NCBI RefSeq assembly: GCF_038024865.1
Contig: NZ_CP133772.1
Span: 8,131-72,130, forward strand
DNA: 64,000 nt
Source: Oxyplasma meridianum
Lineage (GTDB): Archaea > Thermoplasmatota > Thermoplasmata > Thermoplasmatales > Thermoplasmataceae
Direction of reading: 5' to 3'
Shown here: in pieces, positions 9,572 through 19,118 of the stretch
Layout: each line of letters starts with the position of its first letter
Position numbering within the stretch: position 1 is the first letter of the stretch
Position numbers and translations under genes: made by a program
Notes under the pieces: generated by a model
Database searches by the model: none
The model's input: only the letters and a program-made list of their open reading frames with translations
What the model was told of the DNA's origin: nothing

Positions 9572-10231
9572 CTATATGGACCGCAATTTCTCTATGCTTC
9601 CTGCTATATTGTTATAAAATATATACGAAGCTGATACCAGTATGTCCGTTCCAGCCTCCACTGCCTTTTTCCCGTTTTCGTAATTTATGCCTCCATCTAT
9701 CTCTATGCGGCAGTCGATTCCGTTATCATCAATGTATTTTCTTGCCTCTCTAATCTTTGGAATTGACGATTCAAGAAAACTCTGCCCAGAAAAACCTGGA
9801 TGCACAGACATAATGAGAAGAATTTTGCATCCATCTACCAGGTCTTTGACATGGCTGAAAGGTGTCTCGGGATTTATCACAAGTCCGTAATCTATGTTCT
9901 CTTTGGCCATTCTGTTAAAGAGAAGTTTAAGGCTAATCGGTGCCTCATAATGAATGAGAAGAATATCTGAACCAGCATCATGGAATACCCTGTAGTATTT
10001 GTCAGGTCTTTCTATCATAAGATGGGCGTCTATTCTCTTTTCTGTGACCTTTCTTACAGCTTTTATGAGATCAGGACCCATAGTGAAATTTGGCACAAAA
10101 TGCCCGTCCATGACGTCAAGGTGGAATGAATCAGCACCAGACTTTTCGCATAATGTTACCTGTGAACCAAGGTTGGCAAGATCTCCAGATATTACAGACG
10201 GTGAAACTTCAATTTTCTTGTCTTCTCTCAA
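9572..10231 (-). CDS. rpe: Ribulose-phosphate 3-epimerase
   Basis: Motifs 'SVISGDL', 'HLDVMDGHFVPN', 'DAHLMI', 'SVHPGFSGQSF'. Confidence 0.85.
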   Translation of the reverse strand: MREDKKIEVSPSVISGDLANLGSQVTLCEKSGADSFHLDVMDGHFVPNFTMGPDLIKAVRKVTEKRIDAHLMIERPDKYYRVFHDAGSDILLIHYEAPISLKLLFNRMAKENIDYGLVINPETPFSHVKDLVDGCKILLIMSVHPGFSGQSFLESSIPKIREARKYIDDNGIDCRIEIDGGINYENGKKAVEAGTDILVSASYIFYNNIAGSIEKLRSI

Positions 10232-10261
10232 TCAGATCCAGGGTTCATATCTGCAACTAAT

Positions 10262-10480
10262 ATAAGGTTATGATTCGCATTAACTATGTTAGTATCCATT
10301 TTTGAAAGTTATCATCTTTATCACCTTTCCAGTTCTTAAATTTAGTGGGTGTATCCTAATACATGTATCTGGTCCAAAAAAGCCTTCGAAATTGCTTTTT
10401 TGGCCATGTTTTATGCTGCATTTACATCCGCATGGGCTTTTATTCATCCGCCATTATGGGTAAGCCTATCTTCATTCTCC
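10262..10480 (-). repeat. Solo copy (C) of the IS right end with degraded tnpB 3' fragment
   Basis: Shares 'aggttatg..ttgaaagttatcatcttt..cttaaattt' and downstream 'gcttttttggccatgttttatgctgcatttacatccgcat' (= tnpB codons ..ADVNAA..) with the intact copy, but frame-shifted and interrupted by a stop. It lies 30 bp upstream of the rpe start. Confidence 0.6.
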
Positions 10481-10688
10481 TAGCTTCGTAGCTGTCATGG
10501 TGTTCTATAGATTCTCAATCAAGGAAGGAACATTTACAGGTATGTGTTTCATTGATCAAAACCACGTTTATTGATTCATAAATCCACATTATTTTGCACT
10601 CAATCCAAATCACGATATTCGTAATAAAAAATTAGAAAACCTTAAATCTTTAGTATGTTTATTTATTGTTTAGTGGAGAAGTGATAAA

Positions 10689-11183
10689 ATGCCAATAAAA
10701 ACAATATCGGGAAAAAATGAGGCTACTGTAAAGGATGATATTTTGAGGAAGGCCCTAAGATTAAAGGAGAAAATAAATGAAAGATACGAAGACCTTTATA
10801 AAAGATCAAGTGTGGATCATGTCAAGCTGATGCTGAAAAGGCTTCAAAAAAGTGAAAGCGAGGACAGATCTCTTATACTTAAGGCAATAAAGAACGGGCA
10901 CTTTGATGAACAGTCCTTGAAAATAGAGAGACGAGACTACGAAATGCTGGATCATATCATAGAAGCCGATCTTGATAATATAAACCCAAATGATCTTAAG
11001 AGTGTTATGCTTTCGGCAATGAAAATGTCAAAGGATTTCCACCATATCCTCGATCTTATGTCCCACGAATATGCGGGAAAAGAACTTGGTAACACGTTGA
11101 AGGTTCTCGCAAAGAGAGAAATGGAAAACAAGGCCAGACTTGAGGAACTTTATGATGACTTTGTCAATAAGGATTACTGGTAA
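10689..11183 (+). CDS. Hypothetical protein (charged, predicted all-helical)
   Basis: Clean 164-aa ORF with coding-like composition and no recognised motif. Possibly a ferritin-like or four-helix-bundle protein. Confidence 0.4.
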   Translation: MPIKTISGKNEATVKDDILRKALRLKEKINERYEDLYKRSSVDHVKLMLKRLQKSESEDRSLILKAIKNGHFDEQSLKIERRDYEMLDHIIEADLDNINPNDLKSVMLSAMKMSKDFHHILDLMSHEYAGKELGNTLKVLAKREMENKARLEELYDDFVNKDYW

Positions 11184-11479
11184 ACCTATCATGATAAGAT
11201 TTCAAACATAGAACCATTTAGTTACGTGCCCGATTCCGTTCAAAATGGATAAAGAATTGTTAGTTTTTTTTTGCTGTGGGCGGACTGTATGGCGCCAGAG
11301 GTTAATTCCAAAGCATTTGGTTCAGAAGGGCTTTCAAGGGGTCACCGTATAAATTGGGATATAAATTAAGAGTGTTTTAATTGGTTCAAATGATCAATAG
11401 ACAGATATCGGGCTGAATCTGGTAACCGTAATGATCACTCTTTCGGAAAATTATTAATTCAAGGTTTAAATGATAGGAT

Positions 11480-13198
11480 ATGGAAAAGAGGGAAGAGAAC
11501 TACTGGGATTCTAAGTTAAAGGAGATTCAAAGCAAAAAATCTGGAGAGAATAAAGCATACAGTGAATGGAAGTCCAGGACACTCCAACCATGGAACAGAA
11601 AAACCGGTTACAGGGAGAAGGAATATACAAATTCATCATCAATAGATCTGAAAGAGGTTTACACGAAAGATGATCTTTCAAAAGATTACACAGAAAAGAT
11701 GGGTATGCCAGGAGAATACCCATACACAAGGGGAATTTACCCCAACATGTATCGTGGCAGAAAGTGGACAATGAGGATGTTTTCCGGGTTCGGGACTCCA
11801 GAAGATACAAACAGGAGATTAAAATATCTTATAGAACACGGAGAATCTGGACTAAGCATCGCTTTTGACATGCCAACACTTTATGGATTTGATGCCGATA
11901 ATCCAAGATCGGATGGAGAGATCGGAAGATGCGGTGTCAACGTATCATCACTTCAGGATATGGAAGAGATCCTGGAGGGCATAGATCTGTCTGAGGTAAG
12001 TACCTCGATGACAATAAACGCACCAGCAGCTGTGGTCACTGCGATGTATATAGCAGTGGCCAAAAAGAAGAAGATTCCACTTGAGAGAATCGCAGGCACG
12101 GTTCAGGCTGACATTCTGAAGGAATACATAGCTCAGAAAGAGTGGATTTACCCTCCTGAGGCGCACATAAGACTCATTAGGGATATGATGGTATACTGCA
12201 CTGAAAATGTTCCAAAGTGGAATTATATAAGTATATCCGGCTACCATATAAGAGAAGCCGGTTCAAGTGCTGTCCAGGAACTGGCTTTTACACTTGCAGA
12301 TGGTTTCTATTATGTTGATATGGGCATTAAGGCAGGTCTTAATGTTGATGATTTTGCGCCAAGGCTGTCTTTCTTCTTTAATTCATCCATAAACTTTTTT
12401 GAGGAAATTGCAAAAATGAGGGCTGCTAGGAGAATTTGGGCCACAGTACTCAGGGAAAAATACGGATCGAAAAAGGAGAGAACACTGCTTCTTAGATTTC
12501 ACACACAGACGTCAGGATACACGCTTACATGGCAGCAACCCCTGAACAATATTGTCAGGACCACAGTTGAGGCCATGGCAGCCATAATGGGTGGCACACA
12601 GAGCCTGCACACAAACTCTTACGACGAGGCATGGGCACTACCTTCTGAAGAGGCAGTAAAGATTGCACTGAGAACTCAGCAAATACTCGCCGACGAAACA
12701 GGCATACCGGATGTAATCGATCCGCTGGGGGGTTCATATTATGTGGAGTGGCTGACAGACAGGATGGAGGAAGAAGCATACAGGTACTTCGATACCATAG
12801 AAAGGTTGGGAGGAATCCTGGAAGCGGTAAAGAAAGGTTTCATACAGAAGGAGATAGCCGGAACATCTTACCGGAGGCAGATACGTCTTGAACAGGGAAA
12901 GGAGATTATGGTGGGTGTTAATCGTTATGAGGAAAAGAATGAAAAACCCATTAGCACACTTAAGATAAGCCATAAAGCACAGATAGATCAGATCAACAAG
13001 TTAAAGAAACTAAAGGAGACGAGGAATAATCTTGAGGTAAAAAAATCACTTCAGGATCTGGAGAAGGCCCTTAGGAATCCTGATGAAAACGCAATGCCGT
13101 ATATTATAAAAGCAGTGGAAGCATACGCAACACTGGAAGAGATATCAAATGTCGGGAGGAACATCTTTGGAGAGTGGAAAGAACCGGTTATTGTTTAA
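11480..13198 (+). CDS. mcmA: Methylmalonyl-CoA mutase, catalytic (large N-terminal) subunit
   Basis: 'YPYTRGIYPNMYRGRKWTMRMFSGFGTPEDTNRR' and 'GESGLSIAFDMPTL' are hallmark MCM substrate-barrel motifs. The archaeal enzyme is split. Confidence 0.9.
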   Translation: MEKREENYWDSKLKEIQSKKSGENKAYSEWKSRTLQPWNRKTGYREKEYTNSSSIDLKEVYTKDDLSKDYTEKMGMPGEYPYTRGIYPNMYRGRKWTMRMFSGFGTPEDTNRRLKYLIEHGESGLSIAFDMPTLYGFDADNPRSDGEIGRCGVNVSSLQDMEEILEGIDLSEVSTSMTINAPAAVVTAMYIAVAKKKKIPLERIAGTVQADILKEYIAQKEWIYPPEAHIRLIRDMMVYCTENVPKWNYISISGYHIREAGSSAVQELAFTLADGFYYVDMGIKAGLNVDDFAPRLSFFFNSSINFFEEIAKMRAARRIWATVLREKYGSKKERTLLLRFHTQTSGYTLTWQQPLNNIVRTTVEAMAAIMGGTQSLHTNSYDEAWALPSEEAVKIALRTQQILADETGIPDVIDPLGGSYYVEWLTDRMEEEAYRYFDTIERLGGILEAVKKGFIQKEIAGTSYRRQIRLEQGKEIMVGVNRYEEKNEKPISTLKISHKAQIDQINKLKKLKETRNNLEVKKSLQDLEKALRNPDENAMPYIIKAVEAYATLEEISNVGRNIFGEWKEPVIV

Positions 13199-13616
13199 GG
13201 ATAAGCCAGTAAAGGTCTTGCTGGCCAAGCCTGGCATAGATGGTCATGATCGCGGTATTTTAGTTTTGGCAAAGGCATTTAGGGATGCCGGAATGGAGGT
13301 TCTTTATGCCGGCCTTCTCCCAACACCTGAAAGTGTGGTAGAGACGGCAGTCAACGAAGATGTCGATGTTGTTGCACTGAGTCTTCTCAACGGTGCACAT
13401 CTGACAGTTTTCAGGAAAGTTGCAGATATAATGAAATCAAAAGGTATAGATGATATAGCACTGGTGGGTGGGGGAACAATCCCAGATGAAGACAAACCGG
13501 AACTGGAAGCCATAGGTGTGACCGGAAACTATGGACCAGGAACCCCACTGAGCGTGATTATTGATCACGTTACAACGCGGGCTGCTGAAGCAAGAAAGAA
13601 GAAGATATCAAGATAG
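13149..13616 (+). CDS. mcmA: Methylmalonyl-CoA mutase, B12-binding (C-terminal) subunit
   Basis: B12-binding 'DxHxxG' motif 'GIDGHDRG' in a Rossmann-like domain. It overlaps the upstream gene by 50 nt if the ATG start is used, or by 8 nt if the in-frame TTG at 13191 is used. Confidence 0.85.
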   Translation: MSGGTSLESGKNRLLFKDKPVKVLLAKPGIDGHDRGILVLAKAFRDAGMEVLYAGLLPTPESVVETAVNEDVDVVALSLLNGAHLTVFRKVADIMKSKGIDDIALVGGGTIPDEDKPELEAIGVTGNYGPGTPLSVIIDHVTTRAAEARKKKISR

Positions 13617-14567
13617 GTGCCTCTCTTGGAATTAAAAAACATACTGGAAGGAATAGGAAGATCGGACACAAGAAGTGTTGCAAGAGCCATATCCATGGTG
13701 GAGACACAAAGCATGCACATGGAGAGAAATCTCATAATCAAGGGTATTTATCCAAAAACAGGGCATGCTGGAATAATAGGAATTACTGGCCCCCCAGGAA
13801 TAGGAAAAAGTACAATGATTGGCAATCTCTGCAAAATGATCTCATCAGAGAACTTCAAGGTATCTGTGCTTGCGGTGGATGCCTCAAGCCCATTCAGTGG
13901 TGGATCCCTGCTTGGAAATAGGATAAGAATGCAGGAAAATCTATCAAGATATGGAGTTTTCATGAGGAGCCTTGCCAACAGGGGGTTGAACGGCGGTCTC
14001 TCAAGGGCTGTCTGGGACGCAGTTGACATACTTGACGCCGCAGGAAATGACTTCATAATCGTAGAAACAGTAGGAGCAGGCCAGGCAGATCTGGATATTG
14101 TAAATCTTGCAGATACCGTTATAGTTGTTTTGGGTCCCGGTCTGGGTGACCAGATACAGGCTATAAAGGCAGGTATAATGGAGATTGGACACATATTTGT
14201 GGTAAACAAGATAGACAGGGAGGGATCTTTCATAGCAATGAAAGATCTGGAGGAAACACTTGCTTTCACCACCCAGGGAGACTGGAAAATTCCGGTATAT
14301 GGAATAAATTCTCTCACAATGGAAGGCTACGATCCCCTGATCAGCGGAATAAAGAATCATACCGCCCTTGCGAAATCTAGCCCGGATTTCAGGAGAAAGC
14401 GGTATAAAGAAGAGATGCGAATTGTAATGCAGGACGAGGTAACAAGAATTATAAACCGCAAATTCAATGAAATGATACTAGAAAATGGTGAGATCGACAG
14501 TCTCATTGAATCGAAAATAGACCCATATTCTGCAGCAAGAAAAATTCTCAAGGGCTTGGACTGTTAA
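13617..14567 (+). CDS. meaB: MeaB/ArgK methylmalonyl-CoA mutase-associated G-protein chaperone
   Basis: P-loop 'GITGPPGIGKST', 'LAVDASSPFSGGSLLGNRIRM', 'VVNKID'. Confidence 0.85.
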   Translation: MPLLELKNILEGIGRSDTRSVARAISMVETQSMHMERNLIIKGIYPKTGHAGIIGITGPPGIGKSTMIGNLCKMISSENFKVSVLAVDASSPFSGGSLLGNRIRMQENLSRYGVFMRSLANRGLNGGLSRAVWDAVDILDAAGNDFIIVETVGAGQADLDIVNLADTVIVVLGPGLGDQIQAIKAGIMEIGHIFVVNKIDREGSFIAMKDLEETLAFTTQGDWKIPVYGINSLTMEGYDPLISGIKNHTALAKSSPDFRRKRYKEEMRIVMQDEVTRIINRKFNEMILENGEIDSLIESKIDPYSAARKILKGLDC

Positions 14568-15303
14568 AGGATAATATTATTAAGTAATACTATGATATTC
14601 TATCAGTTTATGTGGAGAAACTCTACACCATGAGAGATGCATGATATTGTAGATCCATCCCACAACACTGAGAATGTGGGACAGAGAAGGAAAGATCAGG
14701 TGTGTTAGAATGCAGAACAATTTTTTCAGGATACCAGAAAGTGAGATCAACAGGATAGAGGATGCAATGCACATGGCATGGGAAAAACTGGTTAGCAATA
14801 ACCTCCATATATATTTTGTATTTAAGGATCTGAAAATAATAAAAAAGGCAATAATAGAGGAAAGAAATTCCGGAATACATGAACAGAGGTCCATATAGTG
14901 GATTTTAGAAAATGATTGAATACAAGTGGGAAAGAAAAACAATATAATTGAAAAAGAGAGGAACTTCATCCCAATTTCATGCATGCAGTGGCAAATTAAG
15001 GCACCCTGCCTGAAAGATATTTAGATGCGATAACAGTGATCTGGACTGAGACAGGAACAAACTTGCATTTCTTGCAATAACCCTGCGTGGTCTTGATCTT
15101 TGCGGAGATTAGTTGCCCGTGAGTGGGTCAGCATCTTGGCAGTTTGTGAAGAATGAATATCTGTACCTCAGGCATGCACCCGCCATGCCTGAAGCAGGTT
15201 GGACTGAGACTGCTTAAGCTGGGAATGAAACTGGTGCATAACAATGCGCAAGGTTTTAAGAACGGTAACAGTGTAAAATTGTAGCGTTCAAGAATGTTAA
15301 ACT

Positions 15304-15311
15304 TTATATAA
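15304..15311 (+). promoter_or_regulatory. Archaeal TATA box (TTTATATA) for the hsp20 gene
   Basis: Consensus archaeal TATA element about 30 nt upstream of the hsp20 ATG at 15340, implying a leaderless or near-leaderless transcript. Confidence 0.5.
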
Positions 15312-15339
15312 CTTCTAAAAATTTTTGTCCGGTGCAACT

Positions 15340-15720
15340 ATGTATAACCCACTTAAATATTTCGGCGGAGAAATGATTAAAAATATCAATGAGAGAGCAA
15401 AGGAAATTATGACATATCTCTATCCCCCGGTAACAGTTTACGAAGAGAACGGTGAAATAGTAATTGAGGCTGATATGCCTGGCTTCGACAAGAAGGATAT
15501 GAAGGTCCAGCTTGGGAGGGATTCAATATCTATAAACGCCACCAGAAAGACTGAGACAAAGGGAATGGTATTCATGGATCAGAGGCCGGACACAGTGGTG
15601 AAGAATATTAGGCTTCCAGCTGAAGTTGACCACGATGCCAATTTCACAGCAAAATATCTCAACGGAGTACTTACAATAAGGATACCGGCAAAAGGGATAA
15701 AGTCCATAAAGGTTGAGTAA
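15340..15720 (+). CDS. hsp20: Small heat shock protein, Hsp20/alpha-crystallin family
   Basis: Alpha-crystallin domain 'VTVYEENGEIVIEADMPGFDKKDMKVQL...NGVLTIRIPA'. The track ORF starts at TTG 15325; ATG 15340 is the more likely start. Confidence 0.8.
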   Translation: MYNPLKYFGGEMIKNINERAKEIMTYLYPPVTVYEENGEIVIEADMPGFDKKDMKVQLGRDSISINATRKTETKGMVFMDQRPDTVVKNIRLPAEVDHDANFTAKYLNGVLTIRIPAKGIKSIKVE

Positions 15721-15739
15721 AAATCCAATCCGTCAAACC

Positions 15740-17299
15740 TTATTTTTTTATGATCAGGTATACGAATCCAATAAGATCAAGAAATGCAACTACTGTGGAT
15801 ACCAACGGCCGTGTATGGTAGAATAAGACGGAGCTTATGAGTATGGCGCCCAGGAATACAGAGGCAGGAACATTTTTGCTCTCCCTTACTGGAGTGGGTT
15901 CGCTCTCCGCCTCAAGCCTGCGTTTCAGTAAGGGAAGAACATCAAGTCCCTTTTCTATGGATTTGAACGATTTCCTTATATATTCCTCCATCTGCTTTTT
16001 GTATAGCTCGTCCAGAAGCCCCTCCTGATAGAGCATCTTTCTCAATACCCTCACGAATTTAAATTCAGGATCCAGTTGCATACATATACCCTCAAGAAGT
16101 GAAGACATTCTCATGTAGAGCACAAGGGATCTTGGAAGTCGGAATGGAAATTCGAATATAACGTCATTTGCTATGTCAAGCAGTTCAGAAATCTCAGCAT
16201 CTTCAGGATTTCTTCCAGCAAGTCCACCTATTGCAATCTCTATACTTCTTCTTATTACCCCCCGGTTTGCTGCCGGAGAAAGAGCTTTGAGGTTGAGCAG
16301 GGCATCTATAATAACGTCTGGATCAGATATAACTAGCCCATCGTAGAGGGAGAGAAGTGAAAACCTTGTTTTATCGTCCAGATCACCTATCATCCCGTAG
16401 TCATAAATAATCAGTCTTCCGTCGTCTGTTACTGATATGTTCCCCGGATGAGGATCAGCGTGGAATATATGGTCCCTTAACAGCATTCGCATAAATACCA
16501 GATCAAGGCGGAAAGCAAGGTCCTTCAGATCGATTCCCTTTTTCCTAAGTCCTTCTAAATCAGTGATCTTTGTCCCTTCAATATACTCCGATACCATAAC
16601 CTCCTTTGAGGAAAGTTCATCCAGTATTTCTGGAATAATGGCATTTTCTCTCTTACGGATGTTGGCCGCTATCTCTCTGGAATTTTTTGCCTCTTTTCTG
16701 TAATCTATCTCGTCATATATCCTGCTGTCGAAGTCATTTATGACATTTGAAACACTTATGTAGAGGAAATTCTCAATTCTCCCCTTTGCAAGTTTGAGGA
16801 GCCTTTTTATCACTATAAGATCACGTCTGAGAATATTCTCCACATTGGGCCGGTTTACCTTCACCGCAACCATTTTTCCCCTGTATTTGGCAGTATAAAC
16901 CTGTCCCAGAGATGCACCCGATATGGCGGTTGTGTTGAACTCTTCAAACACCTCCCCCAGTTTTCCCAAATTTCGTTCAAGGATGGGCTTCACCATATGG
17001 AAAGGCGCCGCGGGAACATTGTCCTGAAGCCTTTCAAAAGACTTTATATACTCTCGTGGTAGGAGATCCGGTCGTGCGGATAAAACCTGCCCAAGTTTGA
17101 TGAATGTCGGCCCAAGATCTATGAAAGCATCAACCGCTTTCTTTCCATTTATCTCTCTCCTGTAATTCCATTCCCCATCGGGATTCTTCTTTGCGTGATC
17201 CCGATCTTTTATATAGCGCCTGAATACCGGAAAAAGTTTTACGAATACCTTTAACTCTGATCTCCTTATTCCTTTCTGGATTTCCAGCGTGTGGGTCAT
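15740..17299 (-). CDS. ABC1/UbiB-family atypical protein kinase
   Basis: 'FIKLGQVLSARPDLLP', 'AVKVNRP', 'FHADPHPGNI', 'DYG' are UbiB/ADCK kinase motifs. Confidence 0.8.
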   Translation of the reverse strand: MTHTLEIQKGIRRSELKVFVKLFPVFRRYIKDRDHAKKNPDGEWNYRREINGKKAVDAFIDLGPTFIKLGQVLSARPDLLPREYIKSFERLQDNVPAAPFHMVKPILERNLGKLGEVFEEFNTTAISGASLGQVYTAKYRGKMVAVKVNRPNVENILRRDLIVIKRLLKLAKGRIENFLYISVSNVINDFDSRIYDEIDYRKEAKNSREIAANIRKRENAIIPEILDELSSKEVMVSEYIEGTKITDLEGLRKKGIDLKDLAFRLDLVFMRMLLRDHIFHADPHPGNISVTDDGRLIIYDYGMIGDLDDKTRFSLLSLYDGLVISDPDVIIDALLNLKALSPAANRGVIRRSIEIAIGGLAGRNPEDAEISELLDIANDVIFEFPFRLPRSLVLYMRMSSLLEGICMQLDPEFKFVRVLRKMLYQEGLLDELYKKQMEEYIRKSFKSIEKGLDVLPLLKRRLEAESEPTPVRESKNVPASVFLGAILISSVLFYHTRPLVSTVVAFLDLIGFVYLIIKK

Positions 17300-17384
17300 C
17301 TATACCATATACAGTCAAAAATTATAACTGTTCGCGATAACATGAAATATTGAAGTAACCTGCCAGGCATATTCCGTATTCAAA

Positions 17385-18173
17385 TCATGGTGAAAAGATC
17401 ATGCAGGAAATATATCCGGCAAAAGCAGGAAAAAATCTCATCACATACAGGAAATTCATATATTCTCCTGTGAAGATAGAAGGGCTTGCCAGTTTCTTCA
17501 TGGCACTTCCATGCTTTTTTTTGAGCTGTCTTCTCCCATAGCCGTTCCAGAAGGCCTGTTTCATAAATCCTGCAAAATCATCTCGCGTATAGTTGTATAT
17601 TATGCATGAATCATCATTCTTCCACGTTGCCCCTTTCATAACCGCCCTCAGATTGAGATCTATGTCTTCAGCAGTGATCATGGTCTCGTCAAAACCTCCA
17701 AGCTCGTTAAAAAGTTTCTTCCTGTATCCCAGATTTGCAGATGGTGCGGTTATCTCTTTGCCGTCCATTAGAAGTTCTACCCGTTTGAGTCTTGAATAAT
17801 GATCAGATCCTTTCTGTACTGTTCTGCCTGCTACAATGTCATACTTCTTCAGTGATTCCAGCATACGGCATCCCCACTGATCTCCGGCCACGGTATCTCC
17901 ATCTGTAAATGCGACATAGTCAAATTTTGCATTTGATACACCTATGTTCCTCCCCTCGCCTCTGGTTGATCTTTTTCGTATATAAGTTATGTATTGAATT
18001 CTATCCTTGAATGAATTCACAACATCGGCGGTTCTGTCTTTGCTTTCAGAATCTACAATAACAATCTCAAAAAGGCAATCCTGTTTAGAAAGGCTTTCAA
18101 GAAGTCTGCCAATATTTTTTTCCTCGTTTTTTACAGTAACAATTATTGAAATACCAGATTCCGGAATCGACAT
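17385..18173 (-). CDS. Family 2 glycosyltransferase
   Basis: 'SIIVTVKNEEKNIGRLLESL', 'IVIVDSESKDRT', 'DGDT' (DxD). Confidence 0.75.
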   Translation of the reverse strand: MSIPESGISIIVTVKNEEKNIGRLLESLSKQDCLFEIVIVDSESKDRTADVVNSFKDRIQYITYIRKRSTRGEGRNIGVSNAKFDYVAFTDGDTVAGDQWGCRMLESLKKYDIVAGRTVQKGSDHYSRLKRVELLMDGKEITAPSANLGYRKKLFNELGGFDETMITAEDIDLNLRAVMKGATWKNDDSCIIYNYTRDDFAGFMKQAFWNGYGRRQLKKKHGSAMKKLASPSIFTGEYMNFLYVMRFFPAFAGYISCMIFSP

Positions 18174-18186
18174 AAATTACCGTTGG

Positions 18187-18378
18187 TCAGACCCAGTCCA
18201 TTCGGTCAACTTCTCTATCCTGCTTTGTTTTTTTCTTATATTCCTTATAGTGTGATTTACAGAGATGCACCTTTGTCTTGCTGTCATCAAAAGTGAAAGC
18301 TTTTCTTGCCAGGTCAGCAGGTACGGTTTTGAAACTGGTTTCTGTGCAACCTTTTACATCGCAGGGTTTATCTGACAT
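18187..18378 (-). CDS. Small zinc-binding protein (hypothetical)
   Basis: 'CDVKGC....HLCKSH' Cys2/His-Cys motif and a basic C-terminus. The track ORF extends to 18432, but that start would sit 5 bp from the divergent neighbour, so internal Met 18378 is preferred. Confidence 0.4.
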   Translation of the reverse strand: MSDKPCDVKGCTETSFKTVPADLARKAFTFDDSKTKVHLCKSHYKEYKKKTKQDREVDRMDWV

Positions 18379-18482
18379 GAATAATGGTAGGTTTTCCTGA
18401 AATATAAAGTTCACATGGCCCGTTCTGATCAATCTAAGTGATAAACCAATTTATTAAAATAATAAGTTTAAATGTTCTTGTA

Positions 18483-19112
18483 ATGAATAATCTGATCAAA
18501 TCAGGAAATACAAAATCAACCATAATCCTGGAGCTGAAGAAGGAAAGGGAGCTTTCTCTGGACGATCTCAGCAAAAAACTTGGAATCTCTAAGGTGGCGA
18601 CACTGAAACATATGGCCGGGCTTGAGGAGGATGGGCTTGCAAAAAGAAGGTACATCTCCACGCAGAGGGGGAGGCCCAGGTGTTTTTTTTCTTTAACTGA
18701 GAACGGGACAGATCTGCTTCCAAAAAACTACTCTGAGATAGCTGTGGAGGCCCTGGCTTATATAGAAAAAGAACTTGGAAGGGATCACGTGGTGAATCTG
18801 CTTCGCATGAGAACTGGAAAAATGATCATACCTTACAGGAAATGCTTGGATGGTCTGAATCCGGGCGAGAAGATCATTACGCTCAGCAAAATGAGAGACG
18901 AGGACGGTTATCTGTCAAACTGGAAAAAGATTGATAACAATACATATGAACTGGTGGAATTCAACTGCCCTATACTTGGAATATCTTCGCGCTACAGTGA
19001 AGCCTGCAAAGCAGAAAGCGACATGTTCAGATCCACAACAGATGCAGAAATAGCTGTAACTCACAGGGTAATAGACGGATCCAAGGCATGCAGATTCCTC
19101 ATAAAATTCTGA
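18483..19112 (+). CDS. Winged-helix transcriptional regulator with C-terminal Cys-containing domain
   Basis: wHTH 'LSLDDLSKKLGISKVATLKHMAGLEEDGLAKRRYISTQRGRPRCFFSLTENG'. The longest ORF starts at 18438; 18483 is the preferred start. Confidence 0.55.
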   Translation: MNNLIKSGNTKSTIILELKKERELSLDDLSKKLGISKVATLKHMAGLEEDGLAKRRYISTQRGRPRCFFSLTENGTDLLPKNYSEIAVEALAYIEKELGRDHVVNLLRMRTGKMIIPYRKCLDGLNPGEKIITLSKMRDEDGYLSNWKKIDNNTYELVEFNCPILGISSRYSEACKAESDMFRSTTDAEIAVTHRVIDGSKACRFLIKF

Positions 19113-19118
19113 AAGATT

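Noticed and set aside
14580-14984. 134-aa minus-strand ORF in the meaB-hsp20 intergenic region
   Set aside because: Extremely low-complexity, Phe/Ile/Leu/Ser-rich translation of AT-rich DNA with no motif. Typical spurious ORF.
14568-15324. SRP (7S) RNA or second RNase P-like RNA in the GC-rich intergenic block
   Set aside because: The universally conserved SRP helix-8 'GGAAGGGAGCA'-type motif and the RNase P CR-I/CR-V motifs are both absent. Kept only as an unexplained structured region.
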